Virus record (IMG/VR): IMGVR_UViG_3300045922_000122
Location: 1-64,000 of that record
Source of the DNA: a virus
DNA length: 64,000 bases
Direction: 5' to 3' (one strand)
Shown here: piece by piece, positions 37,937 through 49,900 of the stretch
Layout: each line of letters opens with the position of its first letter
Numbering within the stretch: position 1 is the stretch's first letter
Program-made: the position numbers and the translations under genes
Notes under the pieces: generated by a model
Databases searched by the model: none
Told to the model about the DNA's origin: nothing
The model's input: only the letters and a program-made list of their open reading frames with translations

Positions 37937-40900
37937 TTATTTTAAAGTTTTTGAATTAATAACTAAACCATTTTTTGCTTTAATTTGACCTTGTTTACCA
38001 GTCATTTTAATAGTTCCATTACTTATTTCTATATCAATACCTCCTCTTTCATGGGAAGCTCCTTTAAATTCTTTAACAATTTCCCATTTACCGCCTTTTG
38101 TAAATTTATTAAAACTCATTCCATCTTTAGCACAAGGATTACCTTCTTCATCTGTATATGTTATTTCAGATTCATCAATAACATCAAACCCTAAAGTTTT
38201 ATATATTTCATTAGCTAATTGAAGATTTTTATCAAATAATTCTTCTACCTGTTGATTAATATTTTCATATTGATTATTTTCTACTATATTATCATTTTTA
38301 ACAAACTCTCTAAAACCTTCTATATCTTGTTTACTTCCTAGTATATGAACTTGTTCTGGTCTAAATACTACAAAAGATTCATCATTAGTCCCTTCTCCTG
38401 TATTAATATATACAAATCCATCAAATTTTGAATTTAATAATTTATTTTCAACTATTTTTTTATCATTAATATCAGGAATTTCTTTTCCATTAAAAGTAGA
38501 TTTATTAGGGTAATTATTTTTTACTTTAAACCAATCATCACCTTTTGGAACATCATAATCTTGATTTATTCCAGTTTCAAAACCAGCATTTTGTATATCT
38601 TTTATAAACCTTGCAGGAGATTCATCTCCAGAATCTCTTTTAAATAGAGGATTTTTAATGTTTATAATACTCAAATACAATGATTTACCTTTTTCTTCAG
38701 CATATAATTTTCTAGTTAAAGCAGCTTTTTTAGAACCAAAATGAATAAAATTATTATTTTTTGGTATATATCCATAATGATAAACAATATCTTTAACTTT
38801 ACTATCAGGAAATATAGTATCTAAATAAGCAGAATATTGTTCTAGAGTTCCAATAGAGGCTAATTCACGATATTGATTAAATAATTCTTTTACTCCTGTT
38901 TTAATCTGATTTTCTCTTTGATTAAAAATACCACTAGCTCTATTTTGAAGTTCTCTTAATCTTTCAGAACTAAAACCAACTTCACCTGTTTCTAAATCAA
39001 CTCTTTTTAGAAAAGCATCTGTAAGTATTTGTGTTAGTTCTTGTTTTTGTAGTTTAGATAATGAATTAAATTTATCCATTATCCATTTTACAAATTTAGT
39101 CCACCAATTCCAAGCTTCACCTCTTTGTTTAACAGCTTGTTCGCCAATAGACTGAACAAGAGCTTCTTCACTTCCCCACTTTCTAATAGCTTCTTGAACT
39201 ATTGGTGTGTTTCTAAACCAAGCTATATAATGGTGAGCGTATTCGTGTGGTAATGTATCTATTCTTTGGTTTAAAGCATCTATAAGAACAGTACCGGCTT
39301 TAATATTAGCTTGACCTATTATTCTATTAAGTTCATCTTTTTGAAATTGTATATTTCCAATTTTTTCAAAATATTTATATTTTCTAATAGCTTCATTAGA
39401 AATTACTTGATATAAATAAGAAGCATCAAAATTTGTAGATTTTAAAAAGTTTAAAACAGTATTATATTTATTAAATTGAGAATGAGCTTTATATCTATTT
39501 AAGATTAAATCTGAAAAAGTATCTACTTTACTTATAGTATCTAATTTATTTATAGATAGATTTTTTACAATATTGTCTTTATTACTCCAATATTGTTTTA
39601 ATAAAAATGCTGCTTGTTCATTTGATTTATATTTAGATAAAATATTATAAGGTAAGTATGACCTTAAAGTATATTGTTGATTTTTATCAAACTTTTTAAT
39701 AGCATTTTCTATACCTTCAAGTTTTACTTTTTTAGTAAAAGAAGCAAATAATCTTGAAAGCGAATAAACTTTATTTACATATTCATTTATTGATTTTAAT
39801 TTTTGTAAATACTTCTCTCTTTTATCTAATAAATCATTTATAAAATCTTCAGATTTTAAATACTTATCTAAAGATTGTAAAGATTCTTCAAAATTATTGT
39901 AAGATATACGATTTTCAAAACTATCACCTATTACTGACTTAACTAAAGAACGTAAACTAAAAGTACTTGTTTTTTTAGGTAGATATTCCCTAGTTTTTAA
40001 TTTTAACTTGTTTTCATAATATTTAATAACTTGTTTTTCTTCTTTTGAAGATAAAGGCTTTTCTTTAACTTCTTTTTTTCTGTTTTCTATTTCTTTTATA
40101 TATTCTTCTATATAATTTTTTTCTTCATATTCAGAATTTTTTATTTCATTTTCTAAAAGATTAATATATTCTTTTGGATTACTAATATTTTGTTCAATGT
40201 ATTCTCTAAACGGAGGCGTTGCATCCGCACCTGCCCATCCTTGAGCTTCTAATATACGATATATAAATCTACCTGCTTCTTTTGGACTTAGATTATAGTT
40301 AGCTTGAATATCATCTAATGTTAAAGGAATAAGTCTTGGTTTATATGTTTCTTTAACTTTTACATGTGAACCTAATCCAAAAAATTCATTAGATATAAAC
40401 TCATGTTGAGGCATATCATAAATATAAATAGCATTATTTATAGCTACAGCAGAAACATAATGAGTTATATCAAAATTTCCAAGAGGTGATTTTACAAAAA
40501 CACTTAATTGGTCTCCATTAGGAGATGAAGGGTAAGGATTTAAACCTATTTTTTTTAAATATTCTGTAGATTCTTTTGCTGTAAAATTACAAATACCGTT
40601 AGGACATAAAGTATCTTGGTTTTCAAATAATTCAAATTTATTTATTTCATCTGGTATTGTTTGATTGAAAACATTTTTATCTGTTTCCCATGTAGGATTA
40701 TTAGTAATATTTAATCCTAGTTCAGGATAAAGAGATTGTATTTTTTCTTGTAATTCTTTTACTAAGTTTAAATCTAAAGGATAATAATTATTATTACTAA
40801 TTTGATTAAATGTTTGATTATTACTTTTATTTATATATAAACCAACGCCGTTAAACGGTTGATATTCTAATCCTTTATCTAATAAATATTTTCTAATAGC

Positions 40901-43900
40901 ACCTTCTCCAACAGAATTATGATTAGAATTTGCATCATTTTCGTTATCAGCGATAAAAAATTTAACTCCTTGAGATAATGCTAAATCAATAGCTTTTTTA
41001 GTTTTTTCTAAATTTTCAGCTTGATTAGGTCTACCTTTACCATTTACAGAAATCATTATAGTTTCACCAGCTTTAAATGAAGTTCTAGTACCACCAAAAG
41101 CATTGGCATATTTATATGTACTTGTACCTGGTTCTCCATAAGCTATAATACCATCTGCATAATCAGCTTTTATTTGGTCTTTTGGAAATTTAGCATTAAT
41201 ATTTATAGGATTTGATTTTTTAATTGGTAAATTAGTAAATTGTTTATTAGAATAAATCTCAGAAGCTGTTTGTCTTTGTCTATTGGGTTCACTTAACAAA
41301 TTTTGATTATTACCTACTTCATTAATTGTATTAGTAGAATTAATACTACCAGAATTTAAATTATTAATATCAGTAGTCCATATTTTACCTTTTATATTAG
41401 CTATAACAGGTAAAGGTATTTCTTGATAAATATAAAATCTACCAGAGCCATCTAATCCAATTCTTTCATAAAGTCTGTAAATATCATTATTGTCTGTTGT
41501 TTTTATAAAAGGAGCTGCTTTATAATCATTTACTCTTAATATTAATTTAGAAGCTTTACTATAACTAACATAAGGAACTATATCTGAATTTCTCCAGTTG
41601 TTTATGTAAAAATTTCTTCTGAATATATTAAAAGTATTAATATGTGCATTAATATCTATTTTATCTAATATAGTTTTAACTACCTTTCTAGAAATTACTG
41701 CTGGAAGTATTTGATTTATACTAAATTGCGTAAAGTTATAACCAGATTGAAGCATAGAAAACTTAATTAAATCTGTTGCTAAGCTTAAATCTTTACCTCC
41801 TCTATTAAACATATCTTCTATAGCAGAAGCTATTTCTTGCATAACATAAGCATTAAAGTTTCTATTAGATAGTCTTATATTATCTATACCATCTCCATCT
41901 GGATTTATCATAGGTATTAAATAATCAAGTCTACTATCTTTAACTTCTTCTTGATATTTTTTAAGTCTTTTAGGTAAACTTTCATCTCCTTTAAATAAAG
42001 ATTGCCAATTAGCAAATTTTTCTCCAGATGTTAATATAGATATTTTAAAATCATTCTTTAAAAGTTTAGATACTTTATTTCTATTTTTAGATTTAAAAAC
42101 TCTTTCTAAAAGTTCTTCTCTAAAAGAATCTAGACTATAAACAACTTCATCAAATTGTTCTGTAAAAATAAGGTCTTTAAATGTAAATAAAGAAGCATTA
42201 TATACTTTTTTAAACGAATCTAAAAATGTAAATTGTAAATATCTATCTAGATTTTTAAAATTACCACTAGTTAAAATTTCTCTATTTGTTTTTAATAAAT
42301 CTTTTACAGCATCTGTACTTCCTAACCCTCTAGTATCAAAAGAAAATGCACTTCGCATTTGACTTATTTTAAAAGCAACTTTTTTATAGGTTAAGAAGTC
42401 TTCTAATATATTTTGTTGTACTTGTCTATTAAATTGTTGTAATTGCTCTAATGTAAGTTTATTGTATTTATAATCACCATATTTAGTTTTTAATTGTTCT
42501 AGTTCATCTTCTTTAGTAGAAATCATAGTAGATATTGATTTATGTCTACTTATTATTTCTACATATTCTCTTATTATAGGTTGGCTTATAAAGTATAATG
42601 CTGTTTGAGAAGGTAATCCTGCTGAAACTAAGAATAGAAAAACATCTGCTGTTTCAGCATTTAGATTAAACCTTTCCATAACTTCTGGGTTCTTTACAAC
42701 GTCTACTGCTAAAGAAACACCTTGTCCTAATACATTAGATATTTTTTCATTAGTAGGATTACCATTTTCATCTACTGTATATATATTACCTAGACTGTAA
42801 TATCCATTTGAGTCTTTTTCTATTCCTTTAAAATTTATAGAAAAGTTTAAAACTTCATCATCAAGTTTAAGATTACTATTTATTCTAATATCAGCTATTT
42901 GAAATAAAGGATGACTTTTGTTAGCTAAAGCAAATATACCAACTAATCCTTTACCATACCAAAACATATTTCTAAGAGTAGAAATTGTTTTGAAATTAAG
43001 TAAATCTGTAAAGCTATAATTATTAATAACTCTATCAGGATAAAACTCTTGTAATTTCTTTTCTATAACTAAAGATAAATCTTTATATTTACTAATACTG
43101 TTAGGTTCAAGTTTATCTTTAGGACTTCTACTTTCTAATAAAGCTATTGTATATTCCAGTATTTTATTTTGCAAAGCTTTTTCTCTAAGTTCTGGATTAT
43201 TTAGATTTTCTTCATTAGGTTCTACATAAATATATTCATATTTTTTAAGATTTTTATTTTCTTCATTTTTTCGTCTATTAAAATTAATTAAAGCTAATTT
43301 AAGATTAGATATAGCTGTTTTAGTATCTTCACTATATGATTTATATGCTTTAGATTCTTTAAGTTTACCTAATTCACCTTTATCACTTTTTAAACTATAT
43401 GAATTTAAAGCTTGTAATAATTCTGTAAAGGTATAATTACTAGATTTTAATAAATTTTTTATAGCAATTCTATCATCTTCATCTGTATAATTAAAATACT
43501 CATAACTATTTTCAAAATCTTCTAAATCTATTTTATCTACTTTTTTTCTTATAAAATTAGGAAAATAAATATTAATTTTATCAAAGTCAAAGTCAGAACC
43601 TACTTTTTTAGTAATACCGCTAGGAACAATACAAGTATTACCGTAAGACTTAGGTAAAAATCCTTTAACAACTATACTTTCTAAAGAGTTAAGTTGCTCT
43701 GTAGGAATACGAAAGCCATACATTTTTAAATTATTAGGGTCTATCTTATTTATAGTTTGACCTTCAGAAAGAATGTTACCAAAATAATAAGGTAAATATA
43801 TTTCCATAGTTTTACCATTTTCATAAAACTTTAATCCATTAGATTTATATTTACCATTAATTCTTTCTCTTACTTTTAATTCTGTTCCTGTATCTGGAAA

Positions 43901-46900
43901 TTGAACTAAAGATTTACCAAATCTTTTTTGATTAACTGCTTTATTTTCAAATATAGAATATAGAATTGGTTCTAATTTGTTATAATTAACTAATAAATCT
44001 AAATATACAGGTTTTCCTTTTTCAAGACCTTCTAATTCCAATATAAGAGCTTCTATTTGATTATCAGGTATTTCTCCTCTTGAATTAATTTCTTCTATTA
44101 ATAATTTCTTTAAAGCTTCTCCACCATCAGAAAATACAGCTCTACCATTTTCATATTTTAAATTTAATTCTTGTTTTACTTTATCTAAATAATAATCTGT
44201 TAAATCAGATTGTGCTTTAAATAAATCTCTTACAGCTTCTTCTATAGTTAGAACTTTATTTTTAATAGTAATAGTACCTTTTTTAAATGTTCCTTTGTCT
44301 GCTAAATCTGTAGCAATGATAGCAGCTTCTTGCGTACCTCTAGAAGTTTCTTTTGCATCTTTAGGAGAATTTTCTACTTGTATTCCTATACTTTCTATTG
44401 GTATTTCTGTAACAAGTTCATTGTCTATATCTGCTATTTCTCCAGATTCATTATAAAGAGGTTGACCTTGATATTTACCTTTTTCTCCTTTTTTTAATTT
44501 AAACCCTATTTTATTTCCACTTCTAAATACACCAATATCAATTTGGTTATTCCTCATTTTTTCCAATAGAGAGTAAAGAGCAGGGAAAGCTTCTGAATCC
44601 TCTTTAATAGCTTTTATTAAAGTAGGACTTAATCTAAGTAAAGCAAATTTAACATAAAAAGGTTTTAATTCTTCTTCACTAGAATTTCCATATATAACAG
44701 GTTTAATACTAGGTAATATAGAATTAGCTTCTTCTCCTTTACTTTCTAATTCCCAAGCTTTATTCATTTCTTCAGACCAACTATCTGACCTGAATAATAA
44801 ATCTCTATATAAATCATCTAATATAATACCGAAAGAATCAGTTTCATCTATTTCATCGTAACCTTTTACACCTAAAATACTTAATTCTTCTTTTACTGAA
44901 ACTATGTCTTCAAATGTAACTACTTTTACTTTTAATCTGTCTTCTCCTGTTTTACCATCTACTCTAGGCATATAAGTATCCATATATTCATTTATAACAG
45001 GAGTATTAATAACTTGTTTAGTAGTAGCAACAGCACCTGCATACCTTTTAAACATATCTATAAAACTAGCTGTTAAATCTGGTATATTACCTTTATATTT
45101 AGTAATATAATAAGCAGGATTTCCAAAGAGTACTTTTGTTTGTTCTATTGCACTTATAATATAATTAGTAGTAAAAGCAGTAACTACTTTTTCTATTTGT
45201 TCTTCTGTTAATTCTTTTTCTTTACCTTCTTTTATATTTAATACCTCTCTTAAAATTTCTTTACTTACATTAATTTTATTAGATTTAATTATTCCATTAT
45301 TTTTAAATAAGTTATAATTAGATGTAATTTGAAATTCTACATAATCTTTTATCTTATTTTTTACAACTTCTTCACTATCAATTATATTTATAGTATTACC
45401 ATTTTTATCTCTAATATTTTTAAATATAACTAAATCGTTTAAAAATTGTTCTCCATTTACTATAATTTTATCTTTATTTTTCTTTTGTTTTATAATTTCT
45501 AATTCAGTTAAATAATATTTATATAACTGGTCTACAGTTTGCTTTACCATATCAAACTTACTATAACCAGATATATTTATAAAAAAGTTATCTAAACTAA
45601 ATGTTCTAAAACTTTTCTTATCTCCTGTAATTAAAAAGCTAAAGTTTTTAGATAGTATATTATTAAGTTCTACAATTAGAAAATCTTTAAAACTTAATTG
45701 TGAAACATCTTGACCTGTTTCAGCAGCTTTACTCATACCATTAGTAATACCTACTCTTATGGCATTTTTCTTTTTTGAAATTCTTTCTAATATTATACTA
45801 TCTCTAGCGTATATATTAGTATTTTTATTTAAAAAGTTAGGTATTATCCCTGAAGAAAGTTTATATACTAATCTAGATATGTAATTATGTAGAGTAATAG
45901 AATAAATCATTTCTCCTTTTGAAGTAACAGCTACGTTTTCTACAACATCTTCATTAAAAGAAGATTCTAATTCTACTAATCTCTTTAATCTACTTAAAGA
46001 AGTATTAGTATAGAAATCTTTACTTCCTAATTTATCTAAAGTTATCTTTTCTGATTTTAAATCGTTTATTAATAGAGTTATACTTTTTAAATCTTCTATT
46101 CCATTTTCAGAATTTAAATAATTTTTAACAGCTTCTTTATTTTCAAATTTTATACCTAGTTTTTCTAGAAAATCTAATTGTTGAGTTGTAGTAGAAGCTA
46201 AATATTCTTTTCCTTTTTTAGTTAATCTTATTGTTCCATTTTCTCTATAAACTAAATCATTATTTATAGTTAATAGATTATTTAACCACTTTCTTAAAGT
46301 AATATCTTGAGTTTTAGTGGTATTTGTATTAACTCTATTTACAGTACCGTCTCTATTTACTATTAAATTTTCAAAGTTTTCTTTATGTTTAGAAAAAGAA
46401 TTGTAAAAAGAAACTATAAATTGTGCACTATAATAATCTCCATTTTTAGCTCTATCTTCTAATAAATTTAATAGATTATAAAGTTTTCTAAAGCCTGTAT
46501 CTTTACTATTTAAAAGCCTACCTTTAATTTCTTCATAACTAATAGAATTAGCTAATTTATTCATTAGCTTATTTATAAATTTATCATATTCATAAGTATC
46601 AGCAAAAGAAGCTAAAACTAATCTTAAAGGAGTTTTTATTTTAGATTTTTGATTTATTAAATACGCTTCTTTATAACTTTCATTAGATACTTCTTTACTA
46701 ATAACCTCATCTTTACCTAAAGATAAATCTGATTCTTCTTCTGAAATGTCATCTTCTTCTATATCTTCCTCACTTGGTTGTGTATAACCTAAAGCTTTTA
46801 TAAAATCTTTATGAATAACTACTGCTTGTTGTAATATTTCTTTCTTTCTTTCATAAGGAAGTTCTTCAAATTTTTGTGTTAACCCATCTTCTTCTAACAT

Positions 46901-49900
46901 TTCTTTAAATGAAGCGTTATATATAGGTCTTATTATTTCCTTAAAATCATCAGAATTAAAAAGATAAAGAATTTTTATATCATTAGCTAATAATTTAGAT
47001 ATTACTTTATTATGTATTCTTTTAGCTACAGCAGCATTATTAATATTTCTAACAGAATCTAATTTAGAAAACATTAAATTTTCTCTTACTTTTTTAGCAT
47101 TTTTAAATTCTCCTCTTTCTATTCTTGCATAAAAATCTTCTATTTTTTTATTAGTATTTAAAGAAAAAGCAGCTTTTATTAAATTTAATATTTTTCTAAA
47201 TAGACTTTCTTGTTTTTTAGACTTAGCTTTTTTGTTCAGCATATAAATAGCAAACCCTTCAGCTAGTCCTTCTTCTGCTTCTTTATCAGTAGCATCAGGT
47301 TTATTATTTATTAATCTCCATTCATCCCATAATTCTTTTTGTTCTTCTTTAGATATTAATAAATTTGATACATAGTGAAACGCTTCGTGGTATTCTGTTC
47401 CTTGTTCTCCCATCGTAGATAGAAGTATTTTACCATTACTTAAAATTCTACCACTAGCTATACCTTCAATAAGATTATCTACTCTTTCATAAGATTCTCT
47501 ATCTGTTATATCTATACCTAAAGTTTCAACCAACCAATTTTCAGCTTCTTCTATATTTATAGTATCTAAAATACCTGTATAAATTCTAAAAGCAGAATTG
47601 ATAGCATCATCAATAGCTTTATCAATATCAGAAAAATTATTAGAATTAGTTTTAGGCTTAGCTTCAGGATTTATATTAGGGTCATTTAAATCAACTTTAG
47701 GAGCTTCTCCAAAAAACCCTTCTAAACTTGCTTCATTTTTTATATTAGATTCTTGAGCTTTTTTCTCTAAATTTTGTTCAAATTCTTTAGTAATTTTAAA
47801 ACTATATTTAGGTTTTCCTAAAATAGGTAAAATATTATCTTCTATTTCTTTAATAATTTGTTCTACAGATTTGGTTTCCATATTATTTCCACCAAAATCT
47901 AAATTTATCTTATTTTCAAATTCATCTACTTCAGGAATCCTTTCTTTAGTTTCTATTTTAAATTTTCTATTTTTAACATCTACTATAACATTAAAATTAT
48001 TATCTTCTCTAATTGCAGTTATTTTAGTAACTTTAGATTTATTATCTTCTGTTTGAGGAATAGTATTATTTATGGTTTCTTTACTTTCTCCCGATAAGGT
48101 AGAATCAGGAGAAAGTGGATTAGGTTCAAATGTAGCATACCCTTGTTGAAATCTTCTAACTTTATCGTTTATAATATCATCTTCAGTAGCATCTTGCTTA
48201 ATCCTTAAAAATGTAGTCAATGGAATATCTTCTATTTGCCTAGTAGTACCATTAGGCATTAATGGAGAAGTTAAATAATGTTTATAACTATCCCATTCTG
48301 TTTCTTCAAAACTATAACCATTCCATAAAACTGATTTATACTTAGGTAAGTTTTCTTCTTTATTTTTATTATTAAGTAGAGCTAAAATTCTATTATTTAC
48401 ATTTAGTACTTTTTTCTGTAAAGTTTCAATTATTTCATCTTTATTTTCTTCTAAAGTATCTAAAGTTATAACTTTATTTTGTAATACTAAAACATCTTCT
48501 TTTATATCAAAAGGAATTACAGAATTTTCAGATAAATAAACTATATTTTCTATATAAGTAATTAAATTTTTATAACTTAAATTTAAACTTTCAGTTGTCT
48601 TTGCCTCTTTTGCTTTTTCACTAGCTGTATTAGGTAAAGTACTTCTATAGTTTTGTAAGTAAGCTTTAACTAATTGATATACAGTTTCTGCTTCTTGTCT
48701 ATTTATTTTTCTAGTAATAGCAGGTATCCAAGTATTTCCAAGTTTAAATAACACTCTACCAGCAGGATATACTATTCTTCTTTCGCCAGCAGTTATAGTT
48801 CTATTTGTTTTACCTTTTTCAGATTTCTCTCCTATAGATACTAATATATTTAACTTATCAGCTATATCACTTTCTTTTTCTACAATAGTACCTACTACAG
48901 AATTTTTAGTTTTATTACTTATAGGTTTACCAGGATTAAAAGATGTTATATTAAAAAAGAAGTTCTTATTACTATTCTTTTTAATAATATCTCTAATTTG
49001 TTTATGTACTTCTAGAGCATTACTTAATATTTCAGCTTTAGTTTCTTTGCTAAGGTCTTTGTTAAAAAAGCTATATCTAGGAGAATTAGTATCTTTAAAA
49101 TTTAAAGATAAATCTCTAAGTTTAGCATATACAACACCTCCATAAGCTATAACTGGTTTGTTTTCAGAATCTACTAAAACAAGTCTTATATCATCTTCAT
49201 TATGATTTACTCCTTCTATTTTAGGGTCATTATAAACAGAATTAGGCTTTCCTAAACCATAAACTTCATCGTTTATAGTAACAGACATGAATTTATAGTT
49301 TTTAGGGTCTTCATTTATTCCTATATTCTCTAACCATCTAAAAAATCTACGTTCTTCTATAACTGGATTAGAACTTTCACCAGGTTTACCATAATCACCT
49401 CTTTCACTATCTCTACCTGTAGAAACAGCCCAACCGTATAAATCTACATAAGTAGCTTGATATAAGTATGAATCATTTTCTAAATCCTCGTCTAATTCAT
49501 TATCTAAAGTCTCTATAACTCCTTTATTGGCAACACTAAATTTCTTTTGTACTTCTTTTTCAGTTTTAGCTTTTTCTTCTACTAAATTTTTATATTCTTT
49601 TTTCAAAGAATCTGCTTGTACTTTAAAGCTAGATAAACTAGACAATTTCTTTAAAAGAGAGTTATAATAACCTAACTTACTTTTTTCTTCAAGTATAGCA
49701 ACTTTTCTTCCTTCTAAAAAGTTTATCTTACCAAAATAATCATAACTTAATTCAAATAAAGCTTCTATATCTTTTTCTAAATCTTTATCTAATATTTTAT
49801 TACTTGTAAAATAAGCATGAAGTCCATCTATAGTTTTTTCAGGTAATAGTCCTTCAGGTATTCTTTTAATAATATCAGATAATAAAGAGTTAAATCCTTT

